Assembly (NCBI GenBank): GCA_030704615.1
Contig: CM060732.1
Location: forward strand, 60,140,001 to 60,204,000
DNA: 64,000 nt
Direction of reading: 5' to 3'
DNA from: Takakia lepidozioides
Taxonomy: Eukaryota; Plantae; Bryophyta
Positions within the stretch are counted from its first letter, which is position 1, and every line of letters starts with the position of its first letter. Position numbers and translations under genes: made by a program. This document shows, piece by piece, positions 1 to 12,900 of this stretch. The notes beneath the pieces were generated by a model, which had not been told where the DNA came from, made no database searches, and saw only the letters and a list, made by a program, of their open reading frames with translations.

Positions 1-190
1 TAGTTTCCAAAATTTTTGAAGCAACTAAATCTCAAGAGGGTGTTTTTTTTTTGTGTTTTTTTTAAATTTTATAGAGAACAGGGGTAGCAGCCCTGATTAA
101 TTTTATTCCTGGGTGCTTTAACACCATAGAGAGTAGGCCCGATTTTCCTAACACTTAACATATAACACTCTTTCACTCTTTTCTAATGTA

Positions 191-269
191 ATTTTTTCTT
201 TTGTCTTTTTTTCTTTTCTTTTTTGTAAAGGAAACCTGGGAACGACAGCCCACAATTCAGGCCCTTGAG
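191..269 (-). mobile_element. 5'-truncated SINE copy (3' end plus A-rich tail), same family as 25245-25383
   Basis: AAAGGAAACCTGGGAACGACAGCCCACAATTCAGGCCCTTGAG (227-269) closely matches 25245-25287; it is preceded on + by a T-rich run, i.e. an A-rich tail on the minus strand. Confidence 0.6.
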
Positions 270-1131
270 TGCCGCTTGTAGATAGGTCATGGACACCAGC
301 CATTCATGCAACGGAGACTGAACAAGTTATTGGGAGACTCTCTCACATTCTGGGAGGACCCCAGCTGCTTGCATGCTGTCTGTGCGTTGAACAGGGTATC
401 ACGTGTACGTGTACGTTGCTATGACTTGGCTGCTCTTGGACGCTTTCCGACAGATCCTACCCGGGCCCCGCATCATGGGCCCCACTGTGAATGTGATCGT
501 GGCGTTCTCTTTAAACATGGCAGTAAAGATGTCAAGTACTCGTGAAAGTTGGAGTGCCGCCAAGCTCCAAGCTTTACACCCAGGAAGGATAGAGGAAAGA
601 GTCAGCGAACAAAAGCACTAGTTAGCTAGATAAAGTACTGTTTTGACAATCTGTGTCTTCGGATTTTGGTCACTTTTAGGGGATAAGGCCGGAAAACTGC
701 TGCAAGGTGACGCACAGACGATCATCGGGAGGCTCGGCGTTGTGAGTAAGTACATGTGAAATCAGCAAGTGCTGGCCAGAGTCACGTTTTCAAGTGGACC
801 GAAGGGAGCTGGACTGGTTTACATCCCAACTTCGACCGCATTCCGTGGATCATTCCTTTCTAGGTGCTAGGGAAAGAAGATCAGTAGGTGTGTGAGAGAT
901 AGGATGTGAGCTGAATTACTTCGGAAATCATGTAGCTTTTAGATCAGTTGATCAGTTGACAAGACTTCTCTTGAGATATTACTGCTGAAGTCTGTCTGCC
1001 TGCAAAGAGTTACTAGTACCCAAATCAGTACTTTCAGTCCTGTATGGTGTTGGGTCATGAGGGAGATAAAAGGCAGGAGTACTCCGCAAGGACGAACAGT
1101 TGGAAACTTACCAAGTCGAGGAGCTTCCAAA

Positions 1132-3316
1132 ATGGGTGGCTTCTCAGGCTCAGCAGTGCTTTTGGCACTCGGAGGGGTGCTCCTGCTCAGTGGGCAAGCA
1201 CACGGTGAACTTACTCCAGACTACTACGCCTCCACCTGCCCGCAGGTTCAGGCCATCGTCCAGTGCGAAATTTTGACGGCACTAAAGTCGGATGCGCGCA
1301 TAGCTGCATCACTGCTTCGCCTCCACTTTCATGATTGCTTTGTCCTCGTATGTTCCTCACATGGGAAAAAGGAATGGGCGTTTCTTTGTAGCATAACCTC
1401 TACAGAAATCACCAGGACTACAGTATATAGTGGTCACGATTGATTGTACTTCATGCATGTCTCTCTCTCTTAGTCGAATCGGAGGCGAGAACAATGGTGA
1501 GTGATGGATTACTTGCTGACCGGACTGCTCAAGGTTGGCTGTGCGCGACGAGCCTCTATCAATGCTATTAGCTAATCAACATTGACTACCATCTGAGACG
1601 TTGTCCATTGCGTTTCCATCCGAACTGAGTCCGAATTTCACATATATCTATAAATAAACATTTAGTTTCGAATGTTAATTGCGTTATGTTCAGTGATACT
1701 GATGAGGACTTGATGTGGATCCCACAGGGGTGTGACGCTTCTGTGTTACTAGATAGCACATCAGAATTCGCAACTGAAAAAACTTCAAAGGCCAACAATG
1801 GTTCACTGCGAGGGTTCGATGTGGTGGACACGATCAAGGCGGCAGTGGAGGAGTCGTGCCCCAACACAGTTTCTTGTGCTGACCTTTTGGCTATCATCTC
1901 CCTGCAAGCAGCCATCGTGGTAAGCTCAGTGCCATTGTGGTAGTACAATATGCTAGCTAATTCTTAAAGGTCACATAGTACATATATTTCATAACTAAGA
2001 TCGAATTTTTGCTGACTATAGAAATTATGGCGAGGCATGCATTCCCTTTATGTCGTCTTGGACCCACAGTCAACAACTTGACGCTCGATAACATTGCCGC
2101 TCTGCAATGAACTATCCTTGAGCTCTCACTCATCGTGGTTTAATGGTGTGGAGCTCCCTACGGCATGGACATCATGAATGTGTGAGTAAGTTGCAGAGAA
2201 ACTAGGTGAGGATAGCAGTGTATACCACAGACTTGTAGCGCGCAGTGCGAATTGATCCAGGGCCTAGAGTTTCAGATGTAATCCCGCCATTTGAAGAGAG
2301 TCTAGAGCCCTATTCATTGTGTGCCAGGTTCTCTACTTGCATGGTTTCCATGCACCCTTGGAAGAGCACGACCAATTCTTTAAAGAATATATCTAAGTGA
2401 ATTGCTGCGGGGAACATCACATTCAGGACAGTCATTGATTTTCTCGAATGCTTATTACGGTCTCTGATTGCACGACCCCTGTTGGTGGCTCCAGAGCGGT
2501 GGCCAAGGGTATGGCGTGCTTTTAGGCAGGAAGGACGGCTTCAATGCCAGTGCTACTGGTGCCAATGAAAACATACCTACTCCTTTCTTAAATGTATCCG
2601 GGCTTGTTGAAAAGTTCGCAGCTGTCAACCTATCTGAGCACGATATGGTCACTCTCTCAGGTGTGAGTACATGTTTAATGTTGCCCAGCTTCCCATTATT
2701 GGACGAGTCTCTTTACACTGACTAGTTGAATAGGTTCTCAAATGTTGCAGAGTTCTTGTCTCTATCTAGAAGGTTGTGGCATCTTCTGCAATCTAGACGT
2801 CATAGAAATGATCAATTCGCAAAACTAATATCGTGAAGGGCAGGTTCCCACACGATCGGTAGATCACGGTGCAAGAACATAGTGTCACGGTTGTATCCAT
2901 CAGTTGAAAACGGCCTCAATGCGACCTACGCCGAGTCCCTCGAAGATGTCTGCCCCAATAACGGTAATGAGAGTGTTGTCACCGATCTGGATCCAGTGAC
3001 TCCAAACCAGTTCGACAACCAGTACTACAAAAACTTGAGGAATGGCATAGGAGCCCTTCACACAGACACGGTTTTATGGACCACAAAGAGCAGCCAGCAC
3101 CTGGTAAAACATTACAGCAAGAACCTGACCTACTTCTGGACGGAGTTTGGTCGAAGTATGATCAAGATGGGTAACGCCGGGGTCCTCGAAGGCAGCGAGG
3201 GAGAGGTGCGGAGAAATTGCAGGGTGGTGAACTCAAATAACCCTTCAGTACTTGCTACAACTGCATCAGATGAGATCATGGCTGATTCACAGGAATCGCT
3301 TCTTGAATCCGAGTAA
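1132..3316 (+). CDS. Class III secretory peroxidase, 4 exons (1132-1347, 1728-1919, 2495-2660, 2844-3316)
   Basis: Signal peptide; distal His motif RLHFHDCFV|GCDAS; VSCAD; proximal His GSHTIG; FDNQYY; MIKMG...RRNC. GT-AG introns at the canonical positions (192- and 166-nt middle exons). Acidic C-terminal extension, possibly a vacuolar propeptide. Confidence 0.95.
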
Positions 3317-4211
3317 AAGTAAGTACTGCATTAGGCTTGTTTTTACAGGTTCACCTGTGACAACGAACTTCAAACGCCTTCTTTGAGCTGCGACATTCTA
3401 TAATGAAATGAAGCTAGGATGATCAGATACTGCCTTGTCAAATGTTTTCATGAAAATCATGACCGTTGCGAACACTTTTTGCTGTCACAGTTATAGTGTG
3501 TCGATATGGGAATTGAAGATTAGACTACAAGACAAGTACTACAGAGTGGGCTATTCCAAAAAGTATGACTAGATACGAATAAATGAGTTAGGGTGATAGA
3601 GCGCAACTAGCTGGCCTCAGGTTTTGAGCAAGAACTTATAGTGCAAGCTTGAGATTTCCTGCTTGCAGTGTCTTCTTCAAGAAATGACATCTACAAGAAA
3701 ATAACAGCAACAGCTAGCTGTAGATGTTTCCAAGGGCTGTCACGCGATTCTACTTGCAGCCAAGGTCAAGATGTACAAGGAAAACACTCTACAAATAGTT
3801 ACACTTTTATCTTGAAATCACTTGGAAACAACGATCGGTATAAGGTCCTCCAGCAGCTATAGGGCACCTCATTGTATGTATGGGTGACCCATTCATGAAC
3901 AGTGTTACCACCACATGGGTACTGAACTGAAGAAGACACTATATGCCCCTGGGCCCAGTTGATAATATGTTGAGCTGGTTTTCACATAGCTCAATGCAAT
4001 CTGTGAGAAATTTTCACGTCTGACCATATACATATATAATACACGGAGGTTTGAAGAGTTATCCACCCAGAGAATTTGGGTGAATCTCCACCCACATGTC
4101 CAGATGTTTAGAGTGTATTGCAAATTCTTCCATCTCCAGATATATACGTGCATCGTAGACTGTGAAACCCATGCGGACATCGCTAGCCAAAATGGACAGC
4201 GGCTCATTCAT

Positions 4212-4391
4212 GGTGACCTATGTGTCGAGCTTTTGGCCAGCACTTGAAGAGCTATGGGTTTCCTAGTCTAGAGATATCCAAAGCTCATTGAGTATTTTGC
4301 AGGGTGACCTATGTGTCGAGCTTTTGGCCAGCAAGTGAAGAGCTATGGGTTTCCTAGTCTAGAGATATCCAAAGCTCATTGAGTATTTTGC
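4212..4391. repeat. Tandem duplication, 2 x ~91 bp
   Basis: GGTGACCTATGTGTCGAGC...GAGTATTTTGC occurs at 4212 and 4303, nearly identical. Confidence 0.9.
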
Positions 4392-5212
4392 TTGTACCAC
4401 ATTTAGATTTCTGGCTGTTGGGCCTCTGTTGGGCCCACATGTAGCAGAAAGGCGAAAGAGTTGGAAAGCTCTTTGAGTCAAAACATCGTGCCATGTGACT
4501 CCCTCGCTAGCGACCTACGTTGACGCAGGTGTCATCCGTGCACCAAAGCCATTTGCATAGTGCTTTGTCACATTGGGTTCACGCTCTTGTCGTGGTCTCC
4601 ACTGGAATGTGGGATGTCAGCAACCTCCAGGCCTGAGGCTATTTTCGCAATTAGATATATGCCGTCCACAAACTTGTTGTCAAACCTTCAGGGACCTCAA
4701 CGGTGAGTCTCTCCCTCAGTTTCTACATCAAAAACACTATAGATCTAGCCTACATGTGATCTGACGTCATGTTACTCTGACCAGATGGTCTTGGCCAGAA
4801 GGATTATCGCACTTGGGTGATGCGTTTGCTCCCATTCCAATCAACCACACTCATTTCGAATGAGCATTCACCTATTCACTTGCTTGCCAGGGAGCTGAAA
4901 ACAGGCACATTCTAAAACTCTATTCACTCTACACGTTGTCCCAATCTATACATACTGCACAAAGATTCCCAAACGTCTGGCACGGTCTATCGTACTGATG
5001 CTATAAATGACTGTCATTTTTGAATTGGGGGAATCAAGATGCAAGTGTAGAAAGATATGGAGTCATGAAGTTGCAACTGTTGGTGGCAGGAAAATCACAA
5101 CAATTTACATCATACGTGTTGGGGGATGATAGCATGACAATGTTTTGAAACCCCACTGTGTTGCATGTAGTGCTATGAACACTTGCATGCCAGTGATTGT
5201 AATAGAACATTT

Positions 5213-6345
5213 AGGGAATTCCAAAAAGGCCTTGATGTGAAATGCATCGCAATTCACTTGATCACCCCCCTAAAAGTGCGTAATTCAATTGAATTGCAAG
5301 GGCAATTCAATTGAACTAACCCTAATTTGCAATTCAATTGAATTGTCGACACACAATTCAATTGAATTGCTGACTACAATTCAATTGAATTGTAATCTAT
5401 AATTTTTAACTTATTTTTGTATATAATATATAATATGTATGTACATGTATATATTCAAATTATATTTATACACATATAAGAATATAAGCTAAAAACACAT
5501 GTTGCTCGTCTCTTCTTGCTGGCCCTCTTTCTTGTGCCCTTGAGGAAATTGTGGAGTTGTGAAGCCACCCTCAGCCTCAGCGAGAAAGGGAGAGCTAGAG
5601 ACGGAGACAGATCGGTAGCTTCATGTGATTCACTGGCAAAAGAAACATGGCTGGCTCCGAAAAAAACAGACAAAATCAAACCTGACAATTGATGAAAGGC
5701 TTCCCTTGCATCACCATGTAGTCCCCTAACACTAGTATCTGGCCCAGAATAAAGAAAACAAAAAATATGTTCATCTTGAGAATTATCAAAAATTTCGATA
5801 CCCTTACAGAGGTATCATGTTGAAGTTGGGATGTGTGTTCTATATAAGTTTAATATATCAAACTCTTACACGTTGATACTCTTACAGTTGATACTCTTAC
5901 ATTGGTATCACGTTTGGTATATGTACATAGCCATATATTGGCACCAACATCCACAAAGAGAGACAATCCCGCTTTTACAAGCGATTCGTGACTTCCCCTC
6001 TCTCTCTCTCTCGCTCTCCCTTAGGCTTATCTTGGGCTCAAGCCTTACCACGGGCAAAGGATTGTCAGACGGACAGCAAGAATAGACGGGCAACATGTAT
6101 TTTTAGTTTATACCTGTATATATATATGTATAGTTTAAATATATACATATATATATTATATACAGAAATAAGTTAAAAATTATAGATTACAATTCAATTG
6201 AATCGTGTGCAGACAATTCAATTGAATTGCAAATTAGGGTTAGTTCAATTGAATTGCCCTTGCAATTCAATTGAATTGCGCACTTTTAGGGGGTGATCAA
6301 GTGAATTGCGATGCATTTCACATCAAGGCCTTTTTGGAATTCCCT
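5213..6345. mobile_element. Non-autonomous foldback/MITE-like DNA transposon with long TIRs
   Basis: AGGGAATTCCAAAAAGGCCTTGATG... at the left is mirrored by ...CATCAAGGCCTTTTTGGAATTCCCT at the right. Inverted similarity runs >200 bp and continues in degenerate form to about 5620/5985. Multiple CAATTCAATTGAATTG palindromes. Flanks GAACATTT/GGACATTG are only a degenerate TSD. Confidence 0.85.
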
Positions 6346-7105
6346 GGACATTGAGAGTTGAGTTTCATTTCAGCTTTTTGTGGTATGCACGCATGCATCA
6401 GTGTTTGCTTATCAAGGTAGTACCCCACAATGGATACTACTTGCAACTGAATTTCAATTGTGATTTACTTATCTTACCCTAAACATGTGGTTATACTCAT
6501 CGATGCAATTTTTTCAAGTTGTTTGAGTTTTAAGGCTAATACCAGATCTAGACTGTGAACAGTACTAAACTTATCGCATGACCGAGTTCATGAAGAAGCA
6601 TCAGTGCGTTATCATACCAAGTGCGATATTTCTGTTTTAAATTTCTGCGTACTACTCATACCAACTGGTACCACGGCAGGGCTTCAATCCCTGTTATATA
6701 TATATATATTAAAGTGTGATACCACTATCTTTCAACTTGTTTGAGTAAATTCGGTGGCTTGTTAGGGTGTTACCCAATCTATCAAGATGTAAGCCTGATG
6801 GCCTCCTGTCCTGGTTATTTTTTCCAGAACACCCCTATTAATATGATAGAGAGTGCTTCCTCCCCTTTCATTTAAAACAAACGGCTAGTCGCGCATGGCT
6901 CCTCTTTGTGAATAGTGAAATCCATAATAAACTTGAAATTTCATCCATTTATTTTTCATAAACTCTTCTATAAGAGAGATGTTACCTGAGGGAGGTGTTA
7001 CCTCAAGGTCATGAGGTAGTTTTCAACAAAGAAGAGGAGGTGACACCTGGGAAAGCTCAATAGGGGCTTAGCCATTTTTGACACTGATGAGTAGTCTCTC
7101 TTTTG

Positions 7106-8816
7106 AACAAGCCTCAAAGAGCAATTGGCTCTCTTGCTTTGCATTGGCACAACATAAGAGGAAGGTACGACTAGGGAGCATGACTCAGCACAACACACCA
7201 ATCAGCGCCTTGACACGTGTAAGGTACTTTGACCACATTTTCTCCATTGACTTGCATGTCTCCTCAAAGTCTCTCTCTACAAGAGAGCCAATAAAGAGGA
7301 GCCAATATAATATAATAAAAATTGAGTAAATTTCAATACCTAACCAACATGGGTCATAACCATTGGATCATCTGTTGGTCATGTATTAGAGAAGAGTATG
7401 CCTACATAAGGTTGGCTATCAGTGGGCAGGCTTGAGCAGAAGTGAATATTTGGCATATTATTTGAGCATTCTTTTAAGATAAACATATTGAGCTCATGCT
7501 AGACGAATCGTAAAACCATTCCAAAAAAGTCTACTAATGCACAAACTATCTGTTTCTGAAATTCTGGTGAAATTCTTCAAGTTTCGTCTGCAAAACTAAC
7601 ATGGGGTGTTCTTTATGTGTTTTTTTTGGTATATTTAGGGTACCTATTCACTCCAATCCTTTATAAAATCGGTGTACAAGCATATGGCGTCATAATGGAA
7701 TATAACATACTCCGTTGGAGATATAATTTTTAGCAGAAAAAAGACAGTTGCATGCACATAGTCTGACGTAAAAAGTTTACATCCCGACGTAAACTCCAGT
7801 GTTGGACTGGTATATGGGGGTGAGGCGGGGTATCAGCACGGGTAAGGGTATCACGGCAGGGTACCAGACCAGGCGGGTATAAGCAACTGGCAATAACCCG
7901 GGCAGAACATATTGAGGGCAATATAGTGAAACGCTAATACCTGGGCTCCTACCATACCAGCTTGGTATCGCAAGGAACGCAGCTTTGTCAATACCAGTAC
8001 TATGTCTACTGCCGTCACTTGCACCCTAGATATCAATATGTGGAGCGTTATGGATTTAGGGTGCAACATGGAGAGTTGCGGCTCTTTGATTGAGACGATC
8101 TGAATGGCGATTTTGGCGAAAATCTGCTTAGGCTTGGAGCATTGGCTCATTTATCAGCCTGTAATTAGATCCCGCTCCTTGTTATTATGAATTGCGGCAC
8201 TCAGCCGCTGAGGTGAGCGCTTCAGCCCATGAGGTGATCACTTCAGCGATATAATTTGGACAGATTTTTATTTTTCAGTTTAAAAATAAATAATTAATTA
8301 AATAATTAACTGTATTGATACCAGTATTGATATTCCCCCAATATAAGATTTGAAATTTGAAATACTGATACCATACCATACTAGGCCAAACAAAAACAAT
8401 ATACATACCAGACTGGTACATCAAAAGCTTAATACCTACTTTGATACCATTACCTGCCAGGGAATATGGAGGCCTCTTCACCAACAATACCATACCCTGG
8501 CTGGTATGAAATGTTGATGATACCGGTCCAAACACTGGTAAACTCATGATTTGGGATGAGATTCGTCATAACATATGTATAAGACATCATGTCGGTTGTT
8601 CCTATACACCCTTTTTCTTTTTTTCTCTTTATTGGCTCTCTTGTAGAGAGACTTTGCCGAGACATGCAAGTCAATGGAGAAAATGTGGTCAAAGTAGCTT
8701 ACTGAGTGGCAAGGTGCTGATTGGCCTGTTGTGCTGAGTCATGCTCCCTAGTCTTACCTTCTTCTTATATTGTGCCAAAGCAAAGCCAGAGAGCCAATTG
8801 CCGTTTGAGGCTTGTT
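7106..8816. mobile_element. Non-autonomous element with ~190-bp imperfect TIRs
   Basis: 7106-7298 is the reverse complement of 8625-8816 (AACAAGCCTCAAA...GAGAGCCAATAAAGAG). No coding capacity. TSD unclear (TTTGAA/TTTTAA). Confidence 0.8.
7797..8537. mobile_element. hAT-family MITE nested in the 7106-8816 element
   Basis: TIRs CAGTGTTGGACTGGTAT / ATACCGGTCCAAACACTG; perfect 8-bp TSD GTAAACTC (7789-7796 and 8538-8545); many subterminal ATACC/GGTAT motifs. Confidence 0.9.
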
Positions 8817-10075
8817 TTAATAAAGGGAAACACCTGCCAGGAACGACAGCTCACAAATCCAGCACAACCATCTGATCCGGGGACATAATTTTTTTGTCAC
8901 AATGACATGTAAGTAAAATGAAATACAGAATGATAAAAAAAAATAGAGAAAAAAAAAAAACGATGGAGACCAACGCTCATTGCCGCCAAGCCCCTTTCCC
9001 ACTCTCTGCCCTTGCCAGAGTATCGCCAGAGTGCCAAGTATGTAGAGGCTCGGTTCTGCTCCTTCCACAATATTGTCATTTTGCCGCCAACCCACAACCC
9101 CGAGCCTCCCTCCTCCTACGCTATCACTTGCCACTCTCCCTTGGCCATCTCTCATGTCTCGCTCGGTTCCCCCCTAACTCGTCTTGCCGCACCTTTGACT
9201 TGCGTCCTTCCAATTAGTTCTACATTCTGCCTTCCAACATGTTGCTAGATGTCCGGCACCTTTCCTTACTTCTTGTTTGTCAACGACTTGGTGGTACATA
9301 TAAGACCAAAAATACAGAAGTTCTATTGATGAAATTTGGGGGATTTTTTTTCACTTTTTGTATAGACAGGTCCAAAATTATTATGATTATCTCGGATAAT
9401 TAAGTTTCACCCGTGAAATCCGAGTGTTATTATTATATATTTTTAGTTTTTTTTCCAATAATTTCAAACTTGTTTATTTCTTCAATGAATAAGAATTGGA
9501 AGCATAAGAAGAATAGGAATTCAAAGATTAAGGCCCACCATTAACTTTGGGTGTTGATAATTGGTCAGCATGTGAGTGAGCAGGTAAGCAGACCGAAATT
9601 TCGGTGAGCATGAAATCAAAAGTGAATATTAGAGTTATCCGTAAAGGGTCCCACACTCGGCCTGAGAACCCTAAGTTCGGCCAAAACTGGGCATGAGACT
9701 CAAAACTTAGGATGTGAGGGTATCATTAGCAAAAAAACACGGGACCAAACTGGCAAGACTAGGGAAATGGTCGTGGCAGGAGTTTGGACCCGAGTTTTGT
9801 CTTGGTCGAGGCGGAGGCAGTTAGAGCTCACGAGCTCGCGCCATAGCAAACTTATGGAGGAAGGTCGTGCATCTATGGAGCACCTTTTTGTCCATTTTGG
9901 TGTGCTTGTTTGCAGACTAGAGTGCGCGGTGGGGAATCGTGGCCACCATATGGTGTTTTCTTTCTTTTCAGTTGCGTGCATTTTGGTCCTCAGGTGGGCT
10001 TCGGTGACTTCTTCGGAGACTTCTTAGCTGCAGGTTGTCTCATTTAGAGGGTTTAGGGGCAACTTTGCTCTACCT

Positions 10076-10969
10076 ATGGCGGACTATGAGGATGAATTGG
10101 ACTACATCCTCGAGGAGTTTCAAGACACAGAGTGCACTCAAGCATTCCCCGAGCCTGAAGCATTCCCGGACTGCGATGTTCCTTGTAGCCAAAAATTGCC
10201 AGTGAAGAGGAAGAATCCGGCACCACGGATAGACAAGGGGCGGCGGCCAATTGTGGACTTTTTCCACTTGAGTACCATGGCTACGGCCTACAATCGCCAT
10301 TTTTCTATGTACAACAAGGGCAGGAAGTAGGTCACCCAATTGATTCCATCCATGGTGTGGAATGCGATATACACACACTACCTAGTTCTAAGTCCACCCT
10401 AATTCTGAATTTGCTAAGGAGACTCTGAAGGACCGTCTACGGGAAGCGCTTAAGGAATTGAAAAAGTAGGCACATCAAATGAAGAGGATTCTAACAAGGC
10501 GGTGTTATAGAGTGATGAAATGTTGGTGAGGTTAAAGAGTACCGATGGCCATGCCACTCAGAATATACTGAAGAGGCGAAATAGCTTATTACAGTCAGGA
10601 AGTCCGTCCCCGATCCCATCAACAGCTTCTACTGGTGTGGGGGAATCAGATGCACCACCGCCTGTACCTAGTCTTGGCACCAAGTGTAGTCCTGCAATTT
10701 CTAATGCAACTTTAGGGTCTATGTCCTTAGGTGAAAAACCAATGAGCAAGTCTAAGATGCTCCAGCAGCAATCTCGCAGCATTGCTGCCATGGCCCAGCA
10801 ATTTCAGATGTCATCTGAAATCCATGACGCCCTCGTAGCTGCCAAATTGGAGATAAGCCAAGAGAAGCATATCAAGGTCAAAATCAGCAATTTAAAGCAG
10901 GGCCGAGACCTAGGTGTGATAAATGACGATGAGTTTAAGCTGCAGATTAAAGCTATCTTGCATTTGTAG
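10076..10969 (+). pseudogene. Harbinger accessory ORF (putative DNA-binding protein), disrupted
   Basis: Two ORF pieces (10076-10330, 10520-10969) lie inside the TIRs, convergent with the transposase (stops 8 bp apart). The C-terminus KQGRDLGVINDDEFKLQIKAIL is SHOCT-like. Identity is inferred mainly from position. Confidence 0.5.
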
Positions 10970-10977
10970 TGATCTGT

Positions 10978-11470
10978 CTAGTAGTCCCCGTCACAGCCGA
11001 AGTCTGCTGCCAGGTCACTGTGCTGGTCACCTATGATCTCATATGTAAAACCAAACCTTCTTCTTTGAAGAAACTTTGTGAGTAAAGTGGCAGATTGAAA
11101 CATGTGAGTGTATTTCTTTTTGGTGGAGTCGATGCGCTTCATCAAGCGCCTCCATTTTTTTTTCATGCCCCCTATCCCCCATTCAACTCGCACGCAATAG
11201 TCGGCATGCATCTTGTTGTAGGCCCTCACTGTTCCAAGTTCATCAACTTCTATAGGTACTTCGCGCCTGCCCGAATGTCAGAATGTCGCAAGATGGTAAC
11301 GTCATGAAAGGACCCCGGTATCCTGAATCTATGTAAATAAACAGTCCATGATGGTCGAACACGACTGTGCTGTTCATAGAGTAGATCTTCATACGGCCGG
11401 TAAACCATGTTTTGTGCTCTTGATTCTTCTAGGGACGACGAATTTTTGACTAGGGTAACGTCAATCAGGC
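10978..11470 (-). pseudogene. Harbinger transposase, 3' half
   Basis: YNKMHA..VRVEWGIGGMKKKWRRL (third catalytic residue region); the frame upstream reads LIDVTLVK up to the retroelement junction; contains frameshifts. Confidence 0.85.
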
Positions 11471-11797
11471 TGTCAAGTTATTTTACCACTAGTGTGAAAC
11501 TAGCTAGGAAATAGCTAGCTTTTACATATTGACATTTGGGATTGGCCCAAGTGTCAATCCAGGGGTCAAAGCAGATTTAGGCCCTGGAGTGGTTATCTTC
11601 ACAGCAAGCGCGGGAGGCTCATCTTTCTCGAGTTGAGCCTCACCGCGCCTAGCTATGGCGCCGTAGTGTGGATTCCCCATGGCGTGGGGTGCACTTGGCT
11701 TGACTTGTATTTGAGTGATGAGGTTATATATGCATGAGTTTATGCTTCAGCTTTGTGCGCTCGCATGAGCTTGTGCTTGTATTCTTCCTCTTTATCA
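11471..11797 (+). repeat. Terminal repeat A1 (327 bp, TG...CA)
   Basis: Identical to 23177-23503 apart from one substitution seen (CACAGC vs CACGGC). Confidence 0.95.
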
Positions 11798-11813
11798 CTC
11801 GAGAAAGATGAGC
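11797..11813 (+). promoter_or_regulatory. Putative self-priming primer-binding site
   Basis: ACTCGAGAAAGATGAGC is the exact reverse complement of 11617-11633 inside repeat A. No TGG-starting tRNA PBS is present here. It is followed by a 10-bp hairpin (11813-11839). Confidence 0.7.
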
Positions 11814-12479
11814 TCGTATCTATGAGTGCTAGATACGAGTTAGTTGTAGCACTTGTGGTTTTTGCTTGAGAATGAGAGAAACCAAGTTGTTATGCAAGGA
11901 GCACCGTGGAGCTCTTGGTTGTTAGAAGCGGAGGCGATGTGGGTTACGAGGTGGTAAACCTTGGCATTCGATCTTCAGCTTCAGAGATGAAAGCACCATA
12001 CTGTAGGTAATTCCAGAGCACCTTGATGGTTTCAGATTGTGTACATGCATGAGCAAGCACGATTGGGAAGAGGACCAGTCAAGAGCAGATTATAGTGGCT
12101 TTGGTGGCAAAGCTGAGAACTGGACTTGGGAATGCGAGCTGTCATTGTGTGAAGGATTGCAAGACCAAGCGAAAGGGCTGATTTGGCTTGGGGCAAATCA
12201 GTGCACTTTGTGGAGTATGGTGAGATTGGGTTTCAATCTCGAGCTTCAGCATTGAGAGGGCTCTTGTCATGGCAAGAGCAGGGCTGGAACAGGAGCTAAG
12301 AGGTGCGGCAAGGCCATGGAATGTGCACCTAGGGTTTCAGAGCTTGGAAGAAGAGCTCTTGCACCACAAGAGAAGTGTCTTGTGGCTGGAAATGTAAGCC
12401 TTAGGGTTTCAGGAGCTTGGCAAGGGCTGTGGAGTGCTTAGTCTTGTCTTAGAGAGCATCAAGGAGCCAATGAGCCAAG

Positions 12480-12900
12480 ATAGGGGGCTGATATCTCTTG
12501 TGTGAAGAGGTTGCATGTGTGGAGCATGTATTCAGCTCATTGAAGCTTCCATCTTCAAGCTTGGAGGGCAAGCAAGGAAGAGGGAAGGGCTGACTTCCCT
12601 TATGTGAGGGCAATGTATGTGTGGAGCATGCTATCAGCCTGGTGAAGGCTTGCACTTTTAGGTGTGGGAGTGCAAGAAAGGAAGGAAGGGGCTGGTTTCC
12701 CTGTAGGGCATGTAGAGCATGCTTTCAGCCTGCTGAAGCTTGTATTATCAGGTTTGTGGGTGCAAGAAATGAAGCAAAGGAGCTGATTCTCTTATGGTGA
12801 GAGTGGGGCATGTGTGGAGCATGCCTTCAGCCCATTGAGGCTCTTGTTTTCAAGCCTTAGAGAGCTAGAACGGAAGGTCTAGGGCTGGTTTCCACTTGGA
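12480..12900 (+). repeat. About four degenerate ~100-bp repeats in the retroelement leader
   Basis: Recurring GCATGTGTGGAGCATG..TCAGC..TGAAGCTT..CAAG..GAAGGGCTG near 12513, 12615, 12708 and 12808. Confidence 0.6.

Noticed and set aside
3850-5000. Possible decayed transposase or other coding remnant
   Set aside because: No diagnostic motif could be identified with confidence in any frame.
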